A DNA stretch of 34,011 nt from Myxococcales bacterium. GTDB taxonomy: Bacteria; Myxococcota_A; Bradymonadia; Bradymonadales; Bradymonadaceae. Below, in pieces: positions 1 through 8,407 of the stretch (positions are counted from its first letter, which is position 1; each line of letters begins with the position of its first letter). The DNA lies in assembly GCA_007120615.1 (NCBI GenBank), contig SKNI01000405.1:1-34011 (forward strand). Reading direction: 5' to 3'. The translations under genes and the position numbers were made by a program. The notes below the pieces were generated by a model that searched no databases, was not told where the DNA came from, and was given only the letters and a program-made list of their open reading frames with translations.

Positions 1-1523
1 ATCAAGAGCTCCATCGTAAATCCGTGCCACAGCGACAAGGTATACGAAGGCAACTCACCGCCCACGACACTCTGGGCCGCTGCGGCCAATATGGGCGCCG
101 CCGTCAACTCCGGAAGTACACCCACGACGACACAGATTGCGACGAGGACTGCCACGGGAACGAGCATCCCCACCGATGGGTCGTGGCCCTTTTTGGGTAT
201 CTCACCCTGGGGGAGCTCGAAGAACACGCCGTGAACCAGCCGCACTGAATAGGCCATGCTAAAGATCGCGCCCGCCGTGACCACTGCCGGGATCAACCAC
301 GGCGCACCAGCCAACATCGGCGCCGTCAGGGTTTCTTTTAAGAAGAGTTCTTTGCTCAAGAACCCGTTAAAGAATGGAATCCCGGCCATCGCCGCCGAGC
401 CCCCCACGGCCAATACCATCGTATAGGGCATCACTTTGCGCAGATTGCCAAGGATCCGAATATCCCGGGTCCCCGTCTCGTGATCGATGATCCCGGCGGT
501 CATAAACAGGGAAGCCTTAAACGCGGCGTGGTTCATGATGTGAAAGACACCGACCACGGCAGCGGTGGCGGTCCCGAATCCGAAGAGCGCCGTGATCAGC
601 CCGAGGTGACTGATCGTGGAGTAGGCCAGCAGACCCTTGAGGTCATGGCGATAGAAGGCCACATAGGCGGCAAAAACCATCGTCGTGATGCCCACACCGC
701 CCACCAGGTAGACCCAGGCGTCTCCACCGGAGAGCGCCGGATGAAGCCTGGCCAACAGAAAGACTCCGGCTTTGACCATGGTCGCCGAGTGCAGATACGC
801 GCTCACCGGCGTCGGCGCCGTCATGGCGTTGGGCAGCCAGAAATGAAAGGGAAATTGAGCCGACTTCGTAAAGGCGCCAAGGAGCACCAAAAGCAGCATC
901 GGCAAGTACCAGTCGTGGCCCACGATCAGCTCTCCCGAGGCCAGAATCTCGGTCAACTCGTAGCTCCCCACGATTTGTCCCAGGATCACCAGGCCTGCGA
1001 AGAGGCTCAAGCCCCCGAGGCCCGTGATCGTCAGCGCCATTCGCGCCCCCCGCCTGGCCGCCGCCTTCTCGCTCCAATAGCCGATCAGCAAAAAAGAACT
1101 CAGGCTGGTGATCTCCCAGAAGAGCCCCATCATGAGCACGTTCTCAGAGAGCACGACGCCGAGCATCGCCCCCATAAAGAGCAAGAGATAGGAGAAGAAC
1201 CGCCCGATGGGGTCCTTATCATAGAGGTAATAATAGGCGTACTGAATGACCAGAAGACCGATCCCCAAAATCATCAGAGCGAAGAGGAATCCCAGCCCGT
1301 CGACGCGAAGTCCAAGGGTCAGCCCCAGCGCCGGCACCCAGGGCTTGCTCACCACCAGGACCTCTCCGGCCAGAACCGAAGGCGCAAGACTCATGAGGAG
1401 CGCGAACGCTCCCAGCGTCGGAACCCCCGCCGCCAGGGTTGCGGCCAGGCGGCCATAACGCTCCAGAAGTAGGGGCAGAAATATCCCTGCGAAGGGAAGC
1501 AAAACTATCAGCAGTATTGTCAC
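1..1523 (-). CDS. mrpA: Na+/H+ antiporter subunit A, MrpA/MnhA-type (ND5/NuoL-like proton-conducting membrane subunit); N-terminal ~507 codons, 3' end runs off the window
   Basis: Not in the ORF track because the frame has no stop inside the window. My minus-strand translation starts at GTG (complement of 1521-1523, AAGAG a few nt upstream). It reads VTILLIVLLPFAGIFLPLLLERYG...FPFHFWLPNAMTAPTPVSAYLHSATMVKAGVFLLARLHP...MNHAAFKASLFMTAGIIDHETGTRDIRILGNLRKVMPYT and stays open to position 1. WLPxAMxxPTPVSAxLHSATMV is the ND5/NuoL/MrpA core. DHETGTRDIR-LG-L is what I recall for MrpA/MnhA rather than NuoL. The plus-strand ORFs here (24..248, 480..1472, 1246..1458) are Arg/His-rich shadows. Confidence 0.8.
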   Translation of the reverse strand, partial: MTILLIVLLPFAGIFLPLLLERYGRLAATLAAGVPTLGAFALLMSLAPSVLAGEVLVVSKPWVPALGLTLGLRVDGLGFLFALMILGIGLLVIQYAYYYLYDKDPIGRFFSYLLLFMGAMLGVVLSENVLMMGLFWEITSLSSFLLIGYWSEKAAARRGARMALTITGLGGLSLFAGLVILGQIVGSYELTEILASGELIVGHDWYLPMLLLVLLGAFTKSAQFPFHFWLPNAMTAPTPVSAYLHSATMVKAGVFLLARLHPALSGGDAWVYLVGGVGITTMVFAAYVAFYRHDLKGLLAYSTISHLGLITALFGFGTATAAVVGVFHIMNHAAFKASLFMTAGIIDHETGTRDIRILGNLRKVMPYTMVLAVGGSAAMAGIPFFNGFLSKELFLKETLTAPMLAGAPWLIPAVVTAGAIFSMAYSVRLVHGVFFELPQGEIPKKGHDPSVGMLVPVAVLVAICVVVGVLPELTAAPILAAAAQSVVGGELPSYTLSLWHGFTMELL

Positions 1524-1665
1524 AACTACTCTTTCTATCCGTGACTTGTCGGGCTGCGACAGGAATCAGCGACTATTCTCTACTTGCCGCTATTCTTCGC
1601 GAACAAGCCGTTTCAATCAAGGGGCCATCTCAGCCGTCTTACGCGTTGGCGCGCAGTGATTTTGA

Positions 1666-1977
1666 TCACATCATCTCTTCATGAATATGATGCTCACTCA
1701 CCGAGTAGACCTCCACCACCTCTTGTCCGTCCCGCTCGTAAGAGACTCGAACCTCGCGATCCGAGACCACCTCAACGGTGATCTCCGACTGGGCTGGGTG
1801 AAAGGCACCGGTCTCATCATCGATTATGCGGCCAGACTCCACGTAGGTCTGATAGACGATCTCGTGAAGTCGCTCTTCCAGGGGGTCGGGCTCGGGACAT
1901 CGGACACATCCGGCACTCCATATCGCCATGCTCAACGTGGCCAATGCCATCGCCGATAAGGTCAGGAGGTCTCTCAT
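1666..1977 (-). CDS. small secreted protein, probable lipoprotein (hypothetical)
   Basis: 103-aa ORF with a hydrophobic N-terminus ending ...AIWSAGC and an acidic mature part. It shares a 4-nt ATGA overlap (1974-1977) with the upstream ORF. No family recognised. Confidence 0.6.
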   Translation of the reverse strand: MRDLLTLSAMALATLSMAIWSAGCVRCPEPDPLEERLHEIVYQTYVESGRIIDDETGAFHPAQSEITVEVVSDREVRVSYERDGQEVVEVYSVSEHHIHEEMM

Positions 1978-2282
1978 AGGTCCCCTCCGGTCTCATCCTC
2001 AGACTGGGGTGAGAGCACGAAGACCTCCCGCTGAACAAAGTCTTCGTGATGCACAATGAAGTTAATATCCTCCGAGACATCGAGAGAGCTGAGCCACATC
2101 GAGAGTTGGTCGTAATCGGACCGAGCGTCGACCACTTCTCCGTCGACGATCACCTCCTCCAATTGCAGGGCCCACCGCTCTACGGCCGGCCCACCCCCGC
2201 AGGCCATGGCATAGGCCGTGGCCGCCGTTGTCACAGCGACCAGCAATGCTGAAGCACCGATCAATACGTACCGTTTCGTCAT
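1974..2282 (-). CDS. small secreted protein, possible lipoprotein (hypothetical)
   Basis: 102-aa ORF with N-terminal signal MTKRYVLIGASALLVAVTTAATAYAMAC. Translationally coupled to 1666..1977. The acidic C-terminal half is similar in style to its neighbour. Confidence 0.6.
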   Translation of the reverse strand: MTKRYVLIGASALLVAVTTAATAYAMACGGGPAVERWALQLEEVIVDGEVVDARSDYDQLSMWLSSLDVSEDINFIVHHEDFVQREVFVLSPQSEDETGGDL

Positions 2283-2570
2283 CGATTTTTCCTAAGCATA
2301 AAATATTCGAATTCGCATCATGGGGACGCGTCCTGACTCTGTCATATTCAAAACAAGCAGGCCAAGACCGTTGGCTCGGTGGATTGTCGAGTCAGGTCTC
2401 GTTCTCGACCGTTCGGATCCAACGAACAGGGCCAACTCGGTGACGGCACCCTCTGGGAGAAAACGCCCACCGCCGTCGTCGTGCCCTGACGGATTCTGGG
2501 AGTTTAGGGACGGACCGACTCATGAAACCCCCGCTTGCCATCAACCTGTTCAGAAGTCAGTCGATGCCAG

Positions 2571-4247
2571 TCACTTCTGACAATCCGTGACCAGTTGCCA
2601 CAGCCGGTATCCGCCCAGAAGATTTCGAACCTCAAAGCCCCTTTGAAGTAGAATTCGCGCTGCCAGATACCCTCGAAGACCCTTCTGGCAGAATGCGACC
2701 AACTGGGTATCGCGGGGAAGCTCATCGAGGCGAGCTCGGAGCTCTTCGAGGGGAATATTGACGGCCCCGTCGATGGTGCCGGCGGCGAACTCCGAGGCGG
2801 TTCGAACATCGACAAAGAGGAGATCTTCCTCCTCCTCGGTCACCCGCCAGGAGCACGCCGGATGGTCGCTTTCGAGAACTCCGCTGGCCACGGAGCCCAG
2901 GTGGTTGACGGGGTCTTTGGCAGAAGAGAAGGGCGGGGCGTAGGCCAGGTCGAGCTCTTCGAGTTGGGCGACCGTCATCCCGGCGGCGATGGCGGTGGCC
3001 AGCACGTCGATCCGTTTGTCGACGCCGTCCTTGCCGAAGCCCTGAGCGCCCAGAATCTTGCCACCCGCCGGATCAAAGATGGCCTTCAAGGTGATCGTCT
3101 CCGCTCCCGGGTAATAGGAGGCGTGAGAGGGAGCGTTGATCCAGACGACCTGGTGGTCGATGTCCATCCGTCGGGCGGCGGCCTCGGAGATGCCCGTGCA
3201 GGCGGCGGTGATGTCGAAGACCTGGATGATGCTGGTCCCCAGGGGGCCACAATAGGTGCGCTCACGGCCGGCGATGATATCGGCGACCAGACGACCCTGC
3301 CGGTTCGCCGGACCAGCCAGAGGCATCGGGCCCGACGTGGCGCTGACCCGGTGGACGACTTCGATGGCGTCGCCGATGGCAAAGATATTGGGGTCCGAGG
3401 TTCGAAGGGTCGCATCGACGGTGATATACCCTCGAGGGCTCAGGACCAGGCCTGCTCCACGGGCCAGCTCCGTTGTGGGCCGCACGCCTACAGCCATCAT
3501 GACCAGGTCGGTGGAGCGCTCCTTACCGTCTCTGGTCTGGATCTGAAGGTCGTCGCCTGCTTGTTTGATGGCTGTGAGTTGGGTGTTGGTCCAGACCTCT
3601 ACGCCATGGCGCACGCAGGCATCGGTGATGGACGCGGCCATCTCAAAGTCGAGGTTCGGCATCAGCTGCGGACCCATCTCCACCACGGTGACATCGATGC
3701 CTCTGTGAACCATATTTTCGGCGACCTCCAGTCCGATAAAGCCCCCGCCGACCACCGTGACGTGTCCCGGCGTCGAATCCTCACAGGCTTCGATGATTCG
3801 ATCCATATCGGGGATGGTCCGCAAGACGTGGACCCCGGGCAGCGCTACCCCCTCGATGGGCGGAAGAAATGGCGAGGCCCCGGGAGAGAGCACCAGGGAG
3901 TCGTAGGAGAGGTCAGTTTCGCTGTCATTTTCCAGGTCTCGAAGGGTGACGGTCTGGGCTTCGGCGTCGATGGCCACCACCTCGGTGAGAACGCGCACCT
4001 CCACCGAAAACCGTTGTCGGAAGCTCTCCGGAGTCTGCACCAGCAAGGAATCTCGGTCATCGATGACGCCGCCGATATGGTAGGGCAACCCGCAATTGGC
4101 AAAGGAGATATAGGGCCCTCGCTCGACCATGATGATCTCGGCCTCTTCGTCGAGCCGGCGAAGTCGGGCGGCGCAGGAGGCACCTCCGGCGACACCACCC
4201 ACGATTATCGTTCTTCTGGAGCGCGCTTCTCTCTTTACTTTCGGCAT
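2571..4247 (-). CDS. CoA-disulfide reductase / NADH-oxidase family flavoprotein with C-terminal rhodanese domain
   Basis: RRTIIVGGVAGGASCAARL is an FAD GxGxxG motif. SFANCGLPY carries the redox-active Cys typical of the CoADR/Nox/Npx family. VVGGGFIGLEVAE is the second dinucleotide fold. The C-terminal FVDVRTASEFAAGTIDGAVNIPL...VAFCQKGLRGY is a rhodanese domain with an active-site Cys loop. I chose the ATG at 4247 (MPKVKRE..., GAGGT about 9 nt upstream) over the ORF-track ATG at 4295, which has no RBS. Confidence 0.85.
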   Translation of the reverse strand: MPKVKREARSRRTIIVGGVAGGASCAARLRRLDEEAEIIMVERGPYISFANCGLPYHIGGVIDDRDSLLVQTPESFRQRFSVEVRVLTEVVAIDAEAQTVTLRDLENDSETDLSYDSLVLSPGASPFLPPIEGVALPGVHVLRTIPDMDRIIEACEDSTPGHVTVVGGGFIGLEVAENMVHRGIDVTVVEMGPQLMPNLDFEMAASITDACVRHGVEVWTNTQLTAIKQAGDDLQIQTRDGKERSTDLVMMAVGVRPTTELARGAGLVLSPRGYITVDATLRTSDPNIFAIGDAIEVVHRVSATSGPMPLAGPANRQGRLVADIIAGRERTYCGPLGTSIIQVFDITAACTGISEAAARRMDIDHQVVWINAPSHASYYPGAETITLKAIFDPAGGKILGAQGFGKDGVDKRIDVLATAIAAGMTVAQLEELDLAYAPPFSSAKDPVNHLGSVASGVLESDHPACSWRVTEEEEDLLFVDVRTASEFAAGTIDGAVNIPLEELRARLDELPRDTQLVAFCQKGLRGYLAARILLQRGFEVRNLLGGYRLWQLVTDCQK

Positions 4248-4324
4248 AAAATGGGACCTCGCTAGCAGACGGATAGGGTCGAGTTCGGCCCCCATAGTTG
4301 TAGCGAGTCGGGTTCAGTCAACCC

Positions 4325-5593
4325 TTACCGTCCGGCAATTCCGTCCCGTGGTTCCTGGCCGATGGCCACCACTGCCGGCCACAGGGCGCACAGGGTAGTG
4401 ACCACCACAACCCCGATCACCGGAACGACCACTGATTGAGGGGGGACCTCGTAGAAGATTCGCTCTGCGAAGGCTACCCCCATCAGAGTCAGGGATTCGG
4501 CGTCAGTGAAAAACTCCAGATTCAGTCCCATCGTCCCCGTCAGATAAGCGCTTACACCGCCGACGAGGCCTCCAATTACAGCACCTACAGCGCCCAAAAC
4601 CACTCCCTCGATGACGATCATGAGAAACAGGCGGCTCCGCGACAGGCCGATGCCCATCATGACCCCGAACTCGGCGCGGCGCTCGATGGTGCTCATGCGC
4701 AGAGTGTTGAAAATCCCCATGGCGGCGATGGCGAAGATGATGAATAAGAGCCACCAACTGACCTGCTGAGCGAGCTCCACCATCAGGTAGACCTGGGTCG
4801 CAATCTCCTGCCAGGGGCGCACCACCAACTCCTGGGTGTCGCCCAATTCGATGAGAAGCGCTCGTACGCCTGTGGCGACCTGGGGGGCGGCGTCAAGGGC
4901 GCTGGTCAGGGCGATCTCGTGGGCCTCACCTTCCAGAGCGGTGATAAATCGCAAGTCCTCGATATGCATAAACGCCGTCTGGCGGTCGATCATGAGATGG
5001 CCGGTCTCCACAATGCCCTGCACCTGGAGCAGCTCGTTTCCCAGCGCCCCGTCAGCAGCCTGCACCAACACTACCAGCTCATCGTCCACCGCCAGGTCGA
5101 GGCTTCGGGCCATCACCGAGCCCAGCACCACCTGGCGAGGACCCAATTCCTGGGGCTCCTCCGACGTGAGCCACCTCCCGGAGACGAGCGCTTCTTCCAG
5201 GATCGTCACCTGAGCTTCCCGCTCCGGGTCGACTCCCTTTATGCGGCTGATCCGCGACTGCTCCTCGTGACCCACCAGCCCGCTGACGATGATGCGCGGA
5301 GCGACGGCTTCGACCCCCTCGACGGCAGCCAGGGCTTCTGTGAACTCCGGGGTGACCGGGAAGTGATGGTGAATACTCTGGCGCTCCACGAACTCTGCGG
5401 AGTGGATCTGGACCTGCCCCAACTCCACGGAGGTCGTCCCCCGAGCCATCTCGCTGTAAATCCCCAATAAGAGCGACAGTAGCCAGATGACCAGCGCGGT
5501 GCTCACGGCGATGCCCCCCACGGTCAGCGCGGTGCGCCACCGTCGGCGAAAGAGATTGCGTATGGCCAGGCGAATCAACATGGTCATGTTCAC
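4325..5593 (-). CDS. ABC transporter permease, FtsX/MacB/LolC-E family
   Basis: N-terminal LAIRNLFRRRWRTALTVGGIAVS TM1, a large extracytoplasmic loop, and three C-terminal TM helices (FIIFAIAAMGIFNTL..., VIEGVVLGAVGAVIGG..., VVPVIGVVVVTTLCALWPA). The GTG start overlaps the stop of the upstream permease (GTGA). ATG 5587 is an alternative start. Confidence 0.85.
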   Translation of the reverse strand: MNMTMLIRLAIRNLFRRRWRTALTVGGIAVSTALVIWLLSLLLGIYSEMARGTTSVELGQVQIHSAEFVERQSIHHHFPVTPEFTEALAAVEGVEAVAPRIIVSGLVGHEEQSRISRIKGVDPEREAQVTILEEALVSGRWLTSEEPQELGPRQVVLGSVMARSLDLAVDDELVVLVQAADGALGNELLQVQGIVETGHLMIDRQTAFMHIEDLRFITALEGEAHEIALTSALDAAPQVATGVRALLIELGDTQELVVRPWQEIATQVYLMVELAQQVSWWLLFIIFAIAAMGIFNTLRMSTIERRAEFGVMMGIGLSRSRLFLMIVIEGVVLGAVGAVIGGLVGGVSAYLTGTMGLNLEFFTDAESLTLMGVAFAERIFYEVPPQSVVVPVIGVVVVTTLCALWPAVVAIGQEPRDGIAGR

Positions 5594-6831
5594 TCATTCA
5601 TGTGCATGGCTTCTGCCGGCATCAACCGGGCGGCCTTCAGCGCCGGATAGATCGAGCTGGCGACGATGATGAAGAAGACAAAGAGGGTGCTCCCTATCCA
5701 CTGCAAGGGCACGATATGGCTGCGCACCACCAGGTCGATGGTGGAGACTCCGCCGATATCGATGTCATCCCCCAGAAAGTCGGTGACGTCGATCCCCACG
5801 GCGTCGACCCAGAGATTCAGGCCAAGGCCCGCGGCGAATCCCACCAATAGCCCGATGAACCCCAGGATCAAACTTTCGTAGAGCAACATCATAAACATGC
5901 GCTCTGGCGTAAGCCCTACGGCGCTCAATAAGCCCAACTCGCGCACCCGCTCCATGACGGCCATCATGAAGGTATTGGCGATCGCCAGGGCCACCACAAT
6001 CAGGAGGGCGATGAAGATCAGATAGGCCAGTCCCCGGCGAAATTGCATCAACGCCACCACATCGGGCAGCAATACATCCCAGGACTGCACGTCCAGGTGC
6101 TGACCCCTGTCATCGAGCATCTGCTGCATGGAGGAAGCGACCTGATGGCGCTGCCCGTCGTCGTGGAGCACCAGAGCGACCTGGTTGAGTTGGCCCTCCA
6201 TCTCCATCGCCGACTGGGCTACCTCCAGCGGGGTCCAGGCCCGGGTATTGTCGAATTCGTCGGCGCCGGTTTCCACGATGCCGTCGAGAAAAAAGAGGGT
6301 GCGTTCGATTTCTCCGTCGGGGAGGCTGGCCGTCAGCACCACCCGGTCGCCGATTCCCACTCCCAGCCGGTCGGCCACGCCGATACCCACCACCAGAGAA
6401 GCTGGGTTTGCTTCGTCGAAAAATACCCCTTCCACCAGGTCTTCTTCTGGAGAGCGGACCAATTCTTCTCGCTCCCGGTCGATGCCGGTCAACTGCACGG
6501 CTACGCTGTCGTCGGAGGTCTCCAGTAGACCATGAATCACAAGCCTCGGTAGCCAGTTTGATACGGCGACCATCTCGTCGGCGGCCTCGAAGATGGGCCC
6601 GGGCTCCTCGATGATCCGCTCGTTATCAAGGGTCTCCCAGTAATTTTCGGCGTGAACAAAGACGTTGCCCCCGGCCGTCTCGATCGCGGCCTGCTCAAAG
6701 GAGCGCTCCAGATCAGCCTGCAGCCCTATAAAGAAGAGCAGCAGGGCGAAACTGGCGACGATGGCGACGATCACCACCACGGTTCGCGTGCTGTGTCGCC
6801 ATAGATTTCGCCAGGCCAATTTCCAGAGCAT
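5590..6831 (-). CDS. ABC transporter permease, FtsX/MacB/LolC-E family (second copy)
   Basis: MLWKLAWRNLWRHSTRTVVVIVAIV... follows the same topology as 4325..5593, with a C-terminal FtsX-type 3-TM bundle (...IANTFMMAVMERVRELGLLSAVGL...). The ORF track extends to GTG 6870. I prefer ATG 6831, which gives the canonical family N-terminus. Confidence 0.8.
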   Translation of the reverse strand: MLWKLAWRNLWRHSTRTVVVIVAIVASFALLLFFIGLQADLERSFEQAAIETAGGNVFVHAENYWETLDNERIIEEPGPIFEAADEMVAVSNWLPRLVIHGLLETSDDSVAVQLTGIDREREELVRSPEEDLVEGVFFDEANPASLVVGIGVADRLGVGIGDRVVLTASLPDGEIERTLFFLDGIVETGADEFDNTRAWTPLEVAQSAMEMEGQLNQVALVLHDDGQRHQVASSMQQMLDDRGQHLDVQSWDVLLPDVVALMQFRRGLAYLIFIALLIVVALAIANTFMMAVMERVRELGLLSAVGLTPERMFMMLLYESLILGFIGLLVGFAAGLGLNLWVDAVGIDVTDFLGDDIDIGGVSTIDLVVRSHIVPLQWIGSTLFVFFIIVASSIYPALKAARLMPAEAMHMNE

Positions 6832-6882
6832 CACCACCCCGTGTGGATTCCACCGCCGTCGAGAGTACACCCAAGTAGGTGG

Positions 6883-7014
6883 TCACCAGATGGCTAAGGG
6901 CAAGGCCCATTCTGGATGGTCAGGCTCTCGGCAGAAGGCCACCTCTTGTCCGTCTCGCTCATACGAGACTCGAACTTCTTGGTCCGAGATATGCGGGAAT
7001 CGGTTCGCGCCGAT
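6883..7014 (-). pseudogene. C-terminal remnant of a paralogue of the small lipoprotein gene 1666..1977
   Basis: My translation gives IGANRFPHISDQEVRVSYERDGQEVAFCREPDHPEWALPLAIW*. Compare SDREVRVSYERDGQEVVEVYS in 1666..1977. At DNA level 6939-6990 matches 1717-1768 at about 44 of 52 positions by eye. There is no start codon in this frame. Confidence 0.5.
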
Positions 7015-7860
7015 CTATTCGAAGAATCCGGCGATCTCATCGGCCACCGCTTTCGCCTGGGTGTAGGGACCGAAGTGGCCTGCGCCACGGATCTCACGAA
7101 TGCGGGGCTCCCGCAGGTGCTCGGCGACGTGTTGCACGCTGTCCACATGCCAGCGACCCGTACGGCTGCCGTGCATTAGCAGCACTGGCAAAGAGATCTT
7201 AGCGAGCACCGATGGATCTGTGGGACTGGGCATGTCAGACTCACCGGACTGTTGGTTCTCCTGAAGGAAGACCGGGAGATCCGACGCTGCGTCCTCCCAG
7301 AAGTCAAATGCCGCTCCCTCCAGGTCCTCGTCGGCGTACACACCCAGCTCGCCGGCGGTCTCGACAAAGGTGCGCGCTCCCTCCACCAGTTGTCCCTGGG
7401 CGGTAAGTTGTCCCACCCGTGCGACTACATCCTGGAAGCCCGCGGCGATCTCCTCGCTCTGTTTCTCGATGGCTATCGGCTCGTAAACCGCGGCGCCGGA
7501 CAGCGCTGAAGACTTCTCCGCTGCCACGGAGGACCACAAATTTGAGCCCCACCCTACAAGCCCCACGGGTTGGCCAATACTCTCGACGAAGGCCAGCACA
7601 TCCTCCACCAGGCGTTTGGGAGACAGATCGGAACTCTCACCGCTGAGACCGCGATTGCGGGTGTTCATCAAATAGCAGGTGCATCGCTTTTGCAATGTGG
7701 AGACCACGTGGCGCCAACTGATCTCGCTGGTCCCCGGACCGGCAGGAAGAAGCACCACCGGTGGCCCCTGTCCGACTACTCGGCCGGCAATTTCGGTGCC
7801 ATCCTCCGATGTGGTTCGGTGAATTCGATCTTCCTTGCCGCTGTGATATCCAGTGCTCAT
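7015..7860 (-). CDS. alpha/beta-fold hydrolase family protein (catalytic motifs atypical)
   Basis: 281-aa ORF with AAGGA 7 nt upstream of the ATG. Fold markers are GPPVVLLPAGPGTS (oxyanion region), VGLVGWGSNLW at the nucleophile-elbow position, and LLMHG...IRGAGHFGP at the C-terminal His motif. Confidence 0.75.
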   Translation of the reverse strand: MSTGYHSGKEDRIHRTTSEDGTEIAGRVVGQGPPVVLLPAGPGTSEISWRHVVSTLQKRCTCYLMNTRNRGLSGESSDLSPKRLVEDVLAFVESIGQPVGLVGWGSNLWSSVAAEKSSALSGAAVYEPIAIEKQSEEIAAGFQDVVARVGQLTAQGQLVEGARTFVETAGELGVYADEDLEGAAFDFWEDAASDLPVFLQENQQSGESDMPSPTDPSVLAKISLPVLLMHGSRTGRWHVDSVQHVAEHLREPRIREIRGAGHFGPYTQAKAVADEIAGFFE

Positions 7861-8088
7861 GACATATCCTTGTCTTGTGTGATCGTGGATTCAAAGGCAT
7901 CCCCTCTGGGCGGATTGCCAAAATGAAGTCTGAATGTCGGCAGGCATATGCCACCGTCAAGGTGTTCAATACAACCGACCAACGCCGATAGGGCGACGCC
8001 AAAATCATAACTCCGTATATAGACGATGCGTCGAGGCTATTCTTGGCGTGTCCACGCAGTGGCTCGATGCGCCCTGTGGTGATGAAGG

Positions 8089-8359
8089 CATGCCAGGTGG
8101 TCCGATATCGGTGGACCAGGAGATTGGGCGAGCGGGAGCACTTATTTTAAGAGTTCACGATCGGGACGGGGCGCGACGAGAAGCCCTGGCGCGGCTGAAC
8201 TCGGCGAGCGCCAAAACCCGCGCCCTCGCCGTTGAAGTGCTCGGTAATCTAGGGGATCCGTCGACGATACCTGCGCTCACAAAAATTGAGGCCGGAGAGA
8301 CCAATAAGGGGGTAAAGCGGGCGCTGAAGAAAGTGCTTCGGCTTCTTCAAAGTGAGTGA
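8089..8359 (+). CDS. small HEAT-repeat (PBS-lyase HEAT-like) protein, start uncertain
   Basis: The C-terminal AKTRALAVEVLGNLGDPSTIPALTKIEAGETNKGVKRALKKVL matches the HEAT_PBS pattern (R..A...LG.lgD......L). The ORF-track start at 7934 gives an Arg/Cys/His-rich, lower-GC leader that looks non-coding, so ATG 8089 is used. Confidence 0.4.
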
Positions 8360-8407
8360 AGTGATATGGCAGCGCTTTGACATCCTCATTATCGCAGTGA
8401 TCGGGCT

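Noticed and set aside
480-1472. 330-aa plus-strand ORF, together with similar long ORFs at 2862..4265(+), 9766..10455(+), 14679..15338(-), 15447..16100(-), 17207..17947(-), 25095..25827(+), 27624..28301(-), 31904..32644(-) and 32666..33826(-)
   Set aside because: These are antisense or off-frame shadows of well-supported genes in high-GC DNA. Their translations are Arg/Gly/His/Pro-rich with no domain motifs.
1741-1760. GACTCGAACC (tRNA T-arm-like string) here and GACTCGAACT at 6966
   Set aside because: It lies inside the coding sequence for VRVSYE. The flanks cannot form T-stem, anticodon or acceptor arms. The resemblance is coincidental.
2551-2579. Hairpin CAGAAGT...ACTTCTG overlapping the CoADR stop as an intrinsic terminator
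   Set aside because: It is only a 7-bp stem with a 15-nt loop and no downstream U-run on the minus strand.
6883-7017. Stop-codon readthrough of the hydrolase TAG into the in-frame 43-codon lipoprotein-like stub
   Set aside because: Nothing in the sequence suggests a recoding signal. The stub is better explained as a gene remnant, and being in frame has a one-in-three chance.
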